Virus record (IMG/VR): IMGVR_UViG_3300044833_000114
Span: 1-64,000 of that record
Direction: 5' to 3' (one strand)
DNA: 64,000 nt
From: a virus
Numbering within the stretch: position 1 is the first letter of the stretch; the number at the start of each line of letters is the position of its first letter. Shown piece after piece: positions 37,401 through 46,519 of this stretch. Position numbers and translations under genes: made by a program. The notes beneath the pieces are model-generated. The model was given only the letters and a program-made list of their open reading frames with translations, had not been told where the DNA came from and did not search any database.

Positions 37401-38976
37401 CGCCTACACGTCTGACGGCTACGTCCTGATGGACCACCCGTCCACGCGCGCGTGGGGATACATCGGCCAAGACACCGCTGGCAACCCGGCGCTGATGGAA
37501 GGCAAGATGATGGTGCATCCGGATCTCGAGAAGGAAGTTCGTCGGGTCCTGGGCATCGATAAGTCCGTAGTTCGTGAGAGTAAGATCCTCAGCGGCATCA
37601 ACAAGGCTGCAGGCGAAGCCAAAGGATTGATGCTCTCCATCTCTCCGTTCCACATCGGGCAGGAAGGGCTGCGCGCTCTTATGGTCGGCATCAACCCGTT
37701 CAAGTACGGGCACATGGACATCAACGAAAACCCCAACCTGCTGCGAGGCGTTAAGAACGGATTGCTGCGCAACGACTACCAGGCCGAGGACAACTACTCG
37801 AGCGGGTACGCAAGCCACAGCAAAATCATCAGCAAGATTCCCGGCCTCAACCGGATGCAGAGCGCGATGCAATCCTTCCTGTTCGAGAAGTACATTCCCG
37901 GACTGAAGGACCGCTCCTACTTGAAGCTGTACGAAGACGTCCTCGCGAAGAACCCCAGCCTCCTTCCAGATGAAGCCGCGTCCAGAGCTGCTGACATGAC
38001 GAACGATGTGTTCGGCGGACAGAACTGGCGCAAGCTCGGCGTCTCCGCCTCAACGCAAGACTTCATGCGGATGTTCGCTCTGGCTCCAGACTGGCTCACA
38101 TCGGAAATCAGAATGGGTATGCGCGCGTTCGGAATGATGGATAAAGAAACCGGAGCCCTGTCGCGCCGGATGATGGCCACGCAGATGGCCTGCATCTGGG
38201 GTACAGCTCGCGTCATGAACATGATCACATCCGGCCAGATGCACAACGAGGCTCCGTTCGGCGTTGTACGGAAGAACGACAAGGGAGAAGAAGTCATCTA
38301 CTCTGTTCGTACTCTTCCGACCGACATCGTCCACGCGCTGAGCGATCCCCGCGGATTTATCGCCGGTCGCGTAAACCCTCTCACCGTTCGTCCTGCCGTG
38401 GAATTCATTTCCGGTCGCGACGCGATGGGGCGCAGAGCTCCGATGGATGTGCAGGCTCACGACCTGGTTCGCAACGTCGTTCCGATCGTGGGACAGAACC
38501 TCATCAAGGGAAACGACGTCAGCACTCTCGACCAGATCTATAAGGGCACGGGCGGGAACGTCTACCGCTACAGAACGGAAGCCGAGAAGATGGCAGAGCA
38601 GTACGCCTCCGACCGGATGCCGTCCGGCCCGGTGGACCCGGAGAATCTCCAAGCTCACCAACGGGAGATCCGTCTCGAGGATGCTTACCGCAAGGGGCAG
38701 ATCGGGAAGGGAGAGCTCAAGCAGAGTCTGGCACCGAGACGTGTGGACGAAGTTGTCCGCCGCTCGAAGATGACCCCTCTGCAAGCTCGCTTCGATCGGC
38801 TGCCGATCTCGGAAGCCATCAACGTTTGGAACTCCGCGACCGCACAAGAGAAGGACACGTTGCACGACGTGCTGTGGAAGAAGAAACGGGAATGGCTGAA
38901 GCTCCACAAACCAGCGGAGCGTTCAAGCGAACCGGTGTGGCGCAAGATGCAGAACACCTGGGCTGACCTGCAGTAA
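34447..38976 (+). CDS. Large polyvalent ejection protein with ART-like domains and LPD38-like C-terminus
   Basis: 1509 aa; five NPLD motifs; MKNPF..AGYDGIVY..ITF..DQ; NPLTVRPAVEFISGRD. Confidence 0.75.
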   Translation: MSSSNPLDALTPQNPTTNLGGQPMPSGNPLDQLSKENQTPSLPAPTAMSQTAPVNGNPLDQLLTKPQPAETPVAATIAPTSLATTGAVAGNPLDSLNPLDRLYPAGRVLTNKEAAYGNSDPEKMEDEPWYSKAWEWMDSPLYDLHKWGTRTGAGTFERGLETGLEDIGSGFLSPLQLGLTIATFGGSTVEAAGIGALRSIGVSEIAAPIVARGAKALMTAGFSAQMIGGMLQQSPQLLDALKDGDTENATRLATNIAASGLFLTQGLKHGYEDVNAVKNYVKGKNLTTTERLALVTELSGNYDAAKSAGTDYARSRQEDIVAQLKAAGAFGNDTTEAGMRHFITQGGDLERIAKMRGIADGTIKPRPLTAEESAQQDQAAELRDWAGKSHDITKRNDGSLQTFYLDDSAPGTHKLGQTLSASGDKDDAHYVQMKNPFSVRTEESLQKYIEQAGGEEAAKKKLADAGYDGIVYKTAEDEPKLITFGNDQYRPVPEFKAAHDAAWNREHVYYAVDKKNLEHVLNQGIGKNPKKANVVYSATPEEALKSATLPDSGKKSDLTVLSVPRQEVEAGARETNAAIHGKLKRGAIGPVDVAGKSPVEGEVAYRVRDVGEEGVPSESHSQATMSLSEAKERIFDSRGKIQGKPQEIVAIPLGGLEYDRKPGPNGNDWVKFKKDVPESNVKQLSDLGPKPVADDMLITEKRHMPGHLLEMETDKEGNPKATGRSFPLRPLGAEDMPGDNSRFNNSYTEEEKQKYLAGLDAAQKLTPEQQQIAQTIRKIYDNSFQRAWEKGMVRDWIQSYHPQAWASDPGGMWKWLFNKDTEKVTNGALNDLRHQTNDGSFDTNINSARHRAFNTEFQGIMAGEKFKTDDLSMHLFNHLKAVEHAAAARDYLNNLRKQDTKATDGRPAVVLQGKARVIGGEENPAVAISPASAQSIRITPEKIEMMRVPDPKTGVSPLEDGLEKGIIQKLPWTSADEKGNNVPAYAYTSDGYVLMDHPSTRAWGYIGQDTAGNPALMEGKMMVHPDLEKEVRRVLGIDKSVVRESKILSGINKAAGEAKGLMLSISPFHIGQEGLRALMVGINPFKYGHMDINENPNLLRGVKNGLLRNDYQAEDNYSSGYASHSKIISKIPGLNRMQSAMQSFLFEKYIPGLKDRSYLKLYEDVLAKNPSLLPDEAASRAADMTNDVFGGQNWRKLGVSASTQDFMRMFALAPDWLTSEIRMGMRAFGMMDKETGALSRRMMATQMACIWGTARVMNMITSGQMHNEAPFGVVRKNDKGEEVIYSVRTLPTDIVHALSDPRGFIAGRVNPLTVRPAVEFISGRDAMGRRAPMDVQAHDLVRNVVPIVGQNLIKGNDVSTLDQIYKGTGGNVYRYRTEAEKMAEQYASDRMPSGPVDPENLQAHQREIRLEDAYRKGQIGKGELKQSLAPRRVDEVVRRSKMTPLQARFDRLPISEAINVWNSATAQEKDTLHDVLWKKKREWLKLHKPAERSSEPVWRKMQNTWADLQ

Positions 38977-38991
38977 CAGGAGGCAAGACAG

Positions 38992-39246
38992 ATGAGCAGA
39001 ACCACGACCAACACGGTGCAACATCCTGAGCACGGCGAAGTAGACTGCGACCGTTGCCTCAGGAACGTATCCAATAGCCGACTGCCTGACGGCGGTATGA
39101 CGGCTGGCTATTACGTGGTGACCGGCCAGAGCGGTTGGGCTGAGTTCGCCAACCCCGGGGAGCAGTACGTATGTGACGCCTGCATGTGGTCTGACCCACG
39201 GTATGCGGCTTCCTACCTGCTACGTGGTGCACAGCCATGCAGTTGA
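38992..39246 (+). CDS. Small Zn-finger protein
   Basis: RBS GGAGG; CDRC...CDAC. Confidence 0.7.
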   Translation: MSRTTTNTVQHPEHGEVDCDRCLRNVSNSRLPDGGMTAGYYVVTGQSGWAEFANPGEQYVCDACMWSDPRYAASYLLRGAQPCS

Positions 39247-39270
39247 CAGATCAAAAAGAGGAACTAATTT

Positions 39271-39684
39271 ATGGTGCCATCTGACTACGTAGTTTGCCAG
39301 CTCGCAAATTTGATGTGGAACGAAAGCCACGACGACCTGCTGCTCGGCATGACGGTGTGCGGATTAATCGTCCGCAACCGCATGCTCGCCGGCTGGGAAG
39401 ACGGGCAGTGGCTCCGCCTGATCCAGAAGCACGACAGCTACAACATGACGGGCGCAGCGCCTCGCGTGTTGAAGATGGGAGACCCCCATCACGACCAGAT
39501 GTTCCGTCGCTGCCTCGCCGTCGCAGAGAACATTTACAACGCGAGAGAAAGGGATATTTGCGAAGGGGCTGTGTGGTACGGCCGGCTCAATGAATGTTCG
39601 GATGAATTCAAAGAGAAAATTGTTCGACGCATGGGCGAGCACGCAATGGTCGCCACCGTCGGAAGGAATGCGTGTTTCAAATGA
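39271..39684 (+). CDS. SleB-like cell wall hydrolase (Hydrolase_2)
   Basis: LANLMWNES...GMTVC..VRNR...DICEGAVWY...VATVG...FK. Confidence 0.7.
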   Translation: MVPSDYVVCQLANLMWNESHDDLLLGMTVCGLIVRNRMLAGWEDGQWLRLIQKHDSYNMTGAAPRVLKMGDPHHDQMFRRCLAVAENIYNARERDICEGAVWYGRLNECSDEFKEKIVRRMGEHAMVATVGRNACFK

Positions 39685-39911
39685 ACGACGATATCCGCAA
39701 GACCAAGTACACGAAAGCAGAAGTCGGCTACAAGAAATCAGACGACCCGTGCAAACACCGCTGCGGGATCTGCGAGTATCATCTCCACGTCCCGGGGACA
39801 TGCCGGCTGGAGTGCGGCATCGTTGCTGGGCCGATCCAGGACACGGATGGGTGCAAGCTCTTCAGCATCGACCTGGTCGACGCTGCGATGCATCCTTTCC
39901 CAAAATCGTAA
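39681..39911 (+). CDS. HiPIP-like 4-Cys protein
   Basis: Y......CGIC...CGIVAGPI...DGCKLF. Confidence 0.6.
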   Translation: MNDDIRKTKYTKAEVGYKKSDDPCKHRCGICEYHLHVPGTCRLECGIVAGPIQDTDGCKLFSIDLVDAAMHPFPKS

Positions 39912-40065
39912 GCGTCTTCGGCGAATCACCTAGCAAACGAGACCACTCTTTCATAGTGTGTAGCTGTCCGCTCTGCAGAGCTCGCGCTATTCGCTCCAAC
40001 ACGCCGTCCGCATCCTGCGGTATCTTATCGCGTGGTGTCCAACGGTCAGCATATCTGTTTGGCAT
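39862..40065 (-). CDS. Hypothetical protein
   Basis: RBS GGAG; follows the 40066 stop directly. Confidence 0.5.
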   Translation of the reverse strand: MPNRYADRWTPRDKIPQDADGVLERIARALQSGQLHTMKEWSRLLGDSPKTLTILGKDASQRRPGRC

Positions 40066-40299
40066 CTATTCTCCTGGCTTGCCTGGTTTCAATGTGTCGG
40101 GGCTTTCCGTATCATTCTCTCTTAGTATCCAGCGCACCAAGCGTATGAAGTCTACACGCTCAACTGTCACGGTATCGCCTAGCGTGGTCCTTATTCGTGC
40201 TTGGTGCTCTGCTAGGATTATGGTCAATGTTGGTAAAACTAACGTGTGGCCGGGAAGCGCGCTTGTCAGACTGTAGTATGTGTCGTTCTCTACTTCCAA
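40066..40299 (-). CDS. Small protein, tandem paralogue B
   Basis: Aligns end to end with 40323-40574. Confidence 0.75.
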   Translation of the reverse strand: MEVENDTYYSLTSALPGHTLVLPTLTIILAEHQARIRTTLGDTVTVERVDFIRLVRWILRENDTESPDTLKPGKPGE

Positions 40300-40322
40300 A
40301 AGGTCATCCTCAATTCTGTCTT

Positions 40323-40574
40323 CTATCCCGTTTCCCCTATCGCGCGTCTCACGCTCTGTGGCACGCTTTCCACGTCCCTGTCGTTCTCTCGTAGTATCCT
40401 TCTAACTAAGCTCATGAACTCCGCGCGGCTAACGGTTACGACCTCGCCGAGTGTCGTGTGTATCTTCGCTTCCCTGTCAGCAATGACGATTGTCAAGCAC
40501 GGTGGCACAGCCAAACTTCCCGACCTGGCACTCTTTAGCCTGTACGTTGAATCCTGCGCAGCATCCGTTTCCAT
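40323..40574 (-). CDS. Small protein, tandem paralogue A
   Basis: Shares LTI..A...A.I.TTLG..VTV.R..F..LVR.ILREND with paralogue B. Confidence 0.75.
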   Translation of the reverse strand: METDAAQDSTYRLKSARSGSLAVPPCLTIVIADREAKIHTTLGEVVTVSRAEFMSLVRRILRENDRDVESVPQSVRRAIGETG

Positions 40575-40867
40575 CGTTTCTTCCGTTCTAAATGCCGTTG
40601 GCCGAGCCCATCCATGTTAACCGCTATTTTTCCCCGCGGTTTTAAGCTCGGCCGTTTGGCATCTGTTCCCTCTGGAGTTATTCGGGACATTCCTTTCCAG
40701 TGAGCATTACGGCGCCAGGTTACATTTGTTTTCCTCCCGCATACGTATTACTCCCTAGTCACGTACTGTGTCAAGTGAAATCGTATACTTGATGTATCAT
40801 CCGCTACGTAGACGGTCCCGATCCGCTCTTCGACTTCGATCTGGTCTCCGCCGTGCTGTGCTGTGGA

Positions 40868-41260
40868 TTAATGTTTCCCGGGAGATCCCGATCGTGGATC
40901 GGGTTCTGGCAGAAGGGCTTTAGCCATCTGACGAAGTTCGTTCAGATTCTCTGCGGTCGGCTCCGCTTCAAAATACTTCTCGCTTATCAACTTCACGAGT
41001 TCGCGTCCTTTGTCCGTAATCTCCAAGGTATTGAACCGCACATCCTTTCTATCCTTGGTCCTTTTCAGCAGACCTTTATCCTGCAGCGAGTTCACCACCT
41101 CTGTGACGACGTTCTCATTCTTATCCCGCACCTTCGCCACAGCGGTCTGAGTAGCAGGCCGCTCTGCTATGGCTGTGAGCACCAATAGCTCGTTGGCCGA
41201 AATCCCCACCACGTCTTTCAGGTCGCGCTCGACGCGCTTCCAGCGCGCAGCAGCAGCCAC
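40868..41260 (-). CDS. MarR-family winged-helix regulator (probable repressor)
   Basis: ISANELLVL..TQTAVA..VTEVVNSLQDKGLLKR..D.KDVR...LEITDKG. Confidence 0.88.
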   Translation of the reverse strand: MAAAARWKRVERDLKDVVGISANELLVLTAIAERPATQTAVAKVRDKNENVVTEVVNSLQDKGLLKRTKDRKDVRFNTLEITDKGRELVKLISEKYFEAEPTAENLNELRQMAKALLPEPDPRSGSPGKH

Positions 41261-41479
41261 AGCTTCCTTTACAAATTTAGATATCTTTGAAATTGTTTTA
41301 CCCTGCCTCTATTACCTTTGCACACACGTACGATACAGAGTAGAATAGTATCGTTGGTATACGGCTTATCTACAGGGGACCTGCCCGGTTGTCCGCCGTG
41401 GTTTTGAAATTCAATAAATTCTAACGTACGAATTTGTTTGCGGAGCATACCTGCTTACCCGCATTAAAGAAAGGGAAAA

Positions 41480-42007
41480 ATGATATTCAACCTGAAGACT
41501 CGGAGGTTCGCGCACTTGCACTTTTCCTCCGCAACTAAGTGTGCCCTTTTGGTATTTGTAGGTTCTTGGGTTGGCGCAACTGTGGCTGTTCATTTTTGGC
41601 GCACGACGCTGGGAATACTTTTCGGGAGCATCGTCGCCGCAGGGTTATCCGGGTTGGTGTGCAAACTGCAATCCCACAATGTACGTACGGAACTGAGCGG
41701 GCTGCAGGCGTACCAGGCGCAGGCGTTCCACCACCAAATCACGGTGATGAATTCACTCACCAAAATTTATTTGATGACCGACCTTATCGGGCACCCTAGC
41801 CACCAGCCCTGCGAAATTTGCGACTCATATAAGAGCGCCGTCTACGCTGAGGTTGACAAGATTCGCAAGTCCGTTTACCGAAGTGTGGAGATACTTATGG
41901 GCAGTGAAGAGGACTTCGACATCCCGCAAGAGCTCAAGAATGACGCGACACGGAACAAACAGTTAGCGGAAAAAGAGAAAGTGAAGGCTCACACTAACCG
42001 AGGGTAG
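41480..42007 (+). CDS. Two-TM membrane protein (lysogenic conversion or exclusion candidate)
   Basis: Two N-terminal hydrophobic helices; divergent from MarR; H..CEIC. Confidence 0.65.
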   Translation: MIFNLKTRRFAHLHFSSATKCALLVFVGSWVGATVAVHFWRTTLGILFGSIVAAGLSGLVCKLQSHNVRTELSGLQAYQAQAFHHQITVMNSLTKIYLMTDLIGHPSHQPCEICDSYKSAVYAEVDKIRKSVYRSVEILMGSEEDFDIPQELKNDATRNKQLAEKEKVKAHTNRG

Positions 42008-42163
42008 CCCCGGGCCGAAAGAGAGTGAGGGCTTGTTCAAATACTCATGCTCCTTTCCTTTAGGGTGAATCAAGGGTTAATCCACCCGTTTGCTTTTGTT
42101 TCGCTTCTTGCAGATAAGTGGCGCCGATTCAACGGGTTAGTTTTTGTAAAACTGATAGTTATT

Positions 42164-42205
42164 CAGATTCAGAGTCTGGAGTCCTACCAATTGGACGACC
42201 TCCCA
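42164..42205 (-). other. attP core: 5' half of tRNA-Gln(CUG), not a complete tRNA
   Basis: TGGGAGG-TC-GTCCAATTGGTAGGAC-T-CCAGA-CTCTGAA-TCTG, no T-arm; 12 bp from the integrase stop. Confidence 0.85.
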
Positions 42206-42217
42206 AACTGTATGATT

Positions 42218-43333
42218 CTACGCTGCTTGCGTCTGTTTTCCCAGTCCTGATTGAGGGTGAACAGGGTGAAGCAGAGATGGAATCGAGTTGAGAATTCGCT
42301 TCCTGTACTCTGGTCTGAGATGAGTGTATAGCTTGACCATTTCATCGCTACCGTGCCCAATCCAAGCGCGAATCGTTTCGATTGGCGTGTTGCATTCGAC
42401 AAGATAGCTGACCCTGCCGTGCCGGAAAGCGTGCGTCCCAGATTGCGGGATGCCCAGTTTTCTCAGCAGCGGATACAGAACCCGGTTGAGAATTCTCGGA
42501 TGTTTGAACGTGGTTCCGTGTTTCGTTTGAAACACGAAGCCGAGTGTTCTACCGTTCAAATGTTTTTTGATCATCTCACCCAGGCCGATCTGGATATCGA
42601 TTGTCCGATAAGCTTTCAGGCTCTTCGGACTTTGAACCTTGCCGCGCCGTACCGACCGTCGAACATGGATCAGTAAGCGTTGCAGATCGACATCCTCGAC
42701 GCGCAACCCGTACGCTTCCCCTGAGCGCAATCCTGTTTCAGTAAAGACTGCGAACAAAGTCTTGTACGGCTCTCTCACGGCATCAACGATCATCTGCATC
42801 TGCTCCGGAGAATGACAAGGATGCTGCCGCCTCGGTTCCAAGGCGGACGGAAAGTGGATCAGCGTCTTATCAAATTTTCTTCCGAGAACCATCTGCAGCG
42901 TCTTCGCGATCCCGCGTTGGGTGTACGGCGATAACCTCGACAGTGATCCCAACCACTCGTTCACCGACTCTTCCCCGATCAAATCAACCGGATGCTTCCC
43001 CCACTGCGGGAGAAGATACGTGTTGATGTGCCAGTTCATGGTGTCCTGAGTGCCTAGTTTCTGCCGCACGAGATACATCTGCGTCCACCTGATTACGCGT
43101 TTTTCGAATAACTCGCTGGACGGGATAACATACGACGGCTCGTTTAAGCCTTCGGATGCTATGACCGATTTAAGTTTCCGGCGAGCTTCTGATTTGGTCA
43201 TTTCCGAGACAGGTCCTAGGACGACCGCTTTGTTGACGCGCCGATCCTGCCCTGGCACATCCACAAGATAGCGACCACGATATGACCCGCTACGGACTTC
43301 AACTGAACCGTTCTGCCCGATTCTACGAGACAA
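42218..43333 (-). CDS. int: Tyrosine integrase
   Basis: Arm-binding-like N-terminus (SRRIGQNGSVE, probable TTG start); TGLRSGE, PKS, HAFRH, IGH, LYTH. Confidence 0.93.
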   Translation of the reverse strand: MSRRIGQNGSVEVRSGSYRGRYLVDVPGQDRRVNKAVVLGPVSEMTKSEARRKLKSVIASEGLNEPSYVIPSSELFEKRVIRWTQMYLVRQKLGTQDTMNWHINTYLLPQWGKHPVDLIGEESVNEWLGSLSRLSPYTQRGIAKTLQMVLGRKFDKTLIHFPSALEPRRQHPCHSPEQMQMIVDAVREPYKTLFAVFTETGLRSGEAYGLRVEDVDLQRLLIHVRRSVRRGKVQSPKSLKAYRTIDIQIGLGEMIKKHLNGRTLGFVFQTKHGTTFKHPRILNRVLYPLLRKLGIPQSGTHAFRHGRVSYLVECNTPIETIRAWIGHGSDEMVKLYTHLRPEYRKRILNSIPSLLHPVHPQSGLGKQTQAA

Positions 43334-43403
43334 CGATTTACCCCGCTTTCTCGTTGAATCGGCGTCGGCTATCACGGTATCAGGTTTAGGAAATTGGATC
43401 AAA

Positions 43404-43649
43404 CTAGGCGTCCAGACGTTCCAGAATTCGGTCGACGATGGCGTAACAATTGACTTCTCCGACTTCCGCGTAGCTACAAATTCCCTCGCGAACAATGTCC
43501 ACCAGTTCTTCTCGGAGATCTTCCTCGGTGGTGTCTTCCTCTTCCGGTTCCTCCTCCCAGGGGTGGTATCCAAACTGCGTCCGGTTGTTGTGGACGGAGT
43601 TCCGGGGCGACATGCGACACTTCTTGCACGGATACGCGGAGACGCTCAT
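43404..43649 (-). CDS. Hypothetical protein
   Basis: CKKC..H..H, acidic; coupled to the upstream stop. Confidence 0.65.
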   Translation of the reverse strand: MSVSAYPCKKCRMSPRNSVHNNRTQFGYHPWEEEPEEEDTTEEDLREELVDIVREGICSYAEVGEVNCYAIVDRILERLDA

Positions 43650-44698
43650 CAAGCCGCCTTTGTTCTTTCTGCCGGGTCCATGCTGGCGATGATTTCATCT
43701 AGGTCGTGAGCCATAGTTCTATCCATGTTCCACACGTATTTCTTGCGAAAGTCTTTCAGCTGATCCAGAGGGCTAGCCATTGTTGGAATGAAAAACGAAC
43801 GGAGCAGTCGAAGAACGGATTTCACTTTCTCCGGAACAAGCACCCACTTGATCCCGGCGTTAGTGGCGCGCTGGATTTCTTCCTGGCTGGAGACAGGCAC
43901 CGCATGTATTCCGTAGGACGAACTGAAATAACTAGCTTGATCTAAGGCCAATCTGGAAGTTGGCGCGGCGTGACTCTCAACGTACTCGACGTCGGGAGCT
44001 TCCTCGTTCATGAGCTCTACGGCTCTCTTGCCGCCTCGATCGGTCCAGAGCTTACTGGTCTCCCACGCCAGGTCGAAGCCGGATACCATCCCGCGGTCCC
44101 GATCCAGATTGATGGTGCCGGCACGGAAAGCGTAGCCGCACTTGAATCCTTTAACTGTGGTCACATACAGTCCGCCGACGTAGATGCGCCCCATCTGGTC
44201 TGGAGCCTCGAGGATGCTGTTGAAAGTCTCATCTTGTGGCCGGATGTTTTTCCGGATCGTGTCCCAGTCGGACTCCGTCACATCGCCGACGATGAACTCC
44301 ACGCCTTCGCGTTCTTCCACAGGCTCTGTGTAGATCTTGAGTACCACGGAGTTGAAGGTGTCATCGTGCTCCAGCTTTGGTTGCCAGCTCTCCGAGCCCG
44401 TCAATACTTCGACGGGATTACCCAAGCGCGCGAGCACGAGCAGAGAAAGCTTGAATCCTTCTCCGAACTTGCCGCGAAGATTTTGTTCGCGCTTCGATGA
44501 GTTTCCGAGAACGAGCATCGAATGATCAAGCCGACCGCGCGTAGTCGCGATGCGAAGTAGATTGCCGTCGTAGGTCAACGAAGCTTTGCAAACTCCGTCC
44601 GCGGTTTCGTCGAGCGCATTCTGCCAGAGCTCACGCACGGCTTCCCACAAACCCCAACCGATCACGTAGCCGTCCGACATTGGTAAAGTAAATTTCAT
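43649..44698 (-). CDS. GHKL/HATPase-domain ATP-binding protein
   Basis: AVRELWQNALD (N-box), LGNSSK, GKFGEGFK. Confidence 0.85.
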   Translation of the reverse strand: MKFTLPMSDGYVIGWGLWEAVRELWQNALDETADGVCKASLTYDGNLLRIATTRGRLDHSMLVLGNSSKREQNLRGKFGEGFKLSLLVLARLGNPVEVLTGSESWQPKLEHDDTFNSVVLKIYTEPVEEREGVEFIVGDVTESDWDTIRKNIRPQDETFNSILEAPDQMGRIYVGGLYVTTVKGFKCGYAFRAGTINLDRDRGMVSGFDLAWETSKLWTDRGGKRAVELMNEEAPDVEYVESHAAPTSRLALDQASYFSSSYGIHAVPVSSQEEIQRATNAGIKWVLVPEKVKSVLRLLRSFFIPTMASPLDQLKDFRKKYVWNMDRTMAHDLDEIIASMDPAERTKAA

Positions 44699-44909
44699 CT
44701 GATCACCCTATCGCGAAACAAATAACCGATCGCAAAACAAAGACCGCCAAACACAACCACCACTGCTACGGGGTACCAATCCATCAGAACCACTCCCATA
44801 ATTCGTTGTCTTTCAACGGGTAGAAAACATGACCGCGCGAAGAATAGTGTGACGACCACACAAACAGACCGTGTTCGGTTCGGATCAAGAGTTCGTTGCA
44901 TCGCCAAGG

Positions 44910-45113
44910 CATCAGTAGTACTCCTTCAACTCGTGGTCCTTACAAATGGCGTTTGTTGCTTGAGCCATGCCACAGATTCTTTTGTCGGATACTTGTACAG
45001 GTGCAGCGTCCCGGGCGTGTATTTCTGCCCGTTCATAAAGGCGATTTGCTTTGCTTCTTCCAGCGTGGCCTGTTCGTACTCAACCTTGTTCATCAGTAGT
45101 ACTCCTTCAACTC
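44910..45113. repeat. 23-bp direct repeat flanking a 55-aa ORF (44926-45093)
   Basis: CATCAGTAGTACTCCTTCAACTC at 44910-44932 and 45091-45113. Confidence 0.9.
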
Positions 45114-45599
45114 ATGTGCCTTCGCGATCGCGCGTTCCTTAGCTGTAGCTCCGACGTAGCTGATCATGACCCCCACTGGCGGACACACGCTCCACCACTC
45201 CATGGTGTCGAACCTCTTATCGATGCCGACGGCGATGTTGGCAACCCACTCCACGTTCTTGAGGCACTCGAGATATCGGTTGTTGTTTGTCATCCCTCTT
45301 TCGTACGGATGGCTCTGAACGAACTTCCTAAGCTTCACCAGGGCAATGCTGTCCTCCAGCTGCTTGATGAGATCAGGCGTCTCGCCCTTGACTGTGAGTT
45401 TCAGGCTGTCGAACATTTCCTTCGTGAATATAGGGGGGACCAATATCTTTTTGTCACTCCAATTCATGTACTGGACGGGACCGGGGCCGACCGGTACCCT
45501 AACAAGTTTCTCTTTCTCAACAGCGGCTGGCTTCGTCGGATGGAGTTCGAACCATCGCTTGCGTAGTAATGCTTCTTTCTGTTCGAGCGTTGACATCAA
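45093..45599 (-). CDS. Hypothetical protein
   Basis: Coupled ORF within the array. Confidence 0.7.
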   Translation of the reverse strand: MMSTLEQKEALLRKRWFELHPTKPAAVEKEKLVRVPVGPGPVQYMNWSDKKILVPPIFTKEMFDSLKLTVKGETPDLIKQLEDSIALVKLRKFVQSHPYERGMTNNNRYLECLKNVEWVANIAVGIDKRFDTMEWWSVCPPVGVMISYVGATAKERAIAKAHELKEYY

Positions 45600-46243
45600 A
45601 CCTTAGCTCCTTCCACCTTTAGGATGCAGCATGCTCCGTACGTGAACGGGCCGACGCGGAAGGCTTCGTCACCAACAGGTCTGCAACACCGGGCGCACAC
45701 GATGCTCCGCGTTGGCTTCAGCGCGACGGTCGTTAGATTTTCCTGAACCTTGGTGCTCATTGTTTCCCTTCCAGCCATCGCTGTGCCCTGCGTACGAAGT
45801 ATTCCTTCTTGTGGCAGTGTTCCCATCCATGATCGTGCTCAAAACCTGCACAGATGTGATGCAGTGCCTTGAACGCACCTCGGAACTCGCGGTGTAGCTT
45901 CTCAGCCAGTGCTTCGACTTCACCGGTCTGATTACCGTGTTCTGCTCTCTGGCTTTGTTCAGCCACAGACCGCAACCATGCTAGGCGTTCAGGTGTCATC
46001 ACTGCCGCTTCCATGTCTTGCAGGAACCGTTCTGCGGCTTTGCCTGTTATCGGTGGTGTGGCTTCTATAGGTCTACTCATTCGATTCCCTCTTTCACGTC
46101 TCGTTCGACGTGGTGCTTCCAATGCTTCTTGATGAATGGGAACAGCAAGCCGCTGAGCACTAGGTCGAACAAGACCATCAGGAAGATCTCGAACTGCCAA
46201 TGCGCCTTGTCGCGGAGCAGCGTCCAGAACGTTTCGTGATCCA

Positions 46244-46519
46244 TCACCCTTCTCTCAGGAACAAAGCTTCTTTGATTAGATCAAGCGCTGCGTAAAGAGC
46301 TTTCTTATATCTCTCTTCTCGCTCGCCTACCGGTGGCGCCGCTCCACCTTTGTTGTGCTTGCACCGGTCTTCCTGCGGTATCCCGTAATACCATTTCATG
46401 AATTTTGAGTCGTAGAAGCGAGGGTCGGGGAATCCGTAGTCGTCCACTTTGAGTGAGCACCGCGGACATAACTGAAACTTCGTTCCGCTCGAGAGCGTGT
46501 GTCCGATCACTGCGTTCAT
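46244..46519 (-). CDS. Hypothetical protein
   Basis: RBS GGAGG; ATGA overlap. Confidence 0.65.
   Translation of the reverse strand: MNAVIGHTLSSGTKFQLCPRCSLKVDDYGFPDPRFYDSKFMKWYYGIPQEDRCKHNKGGAAPPVGEREERYKKALYAALDLIKEALFLREG

Noticed and set aside
42130-42205. Complete tRNA-Gln gene
   Set aside because: Sequence after the anticodon arm has no T-arm or 3' acceptor strand
43334-43573. 80-aa N-terminal extension of the integrase in the ORF track
   Set aside because: Overlaps a better-coupled gene (43404-43649); the integrase-like sequence starts at TTG 43333
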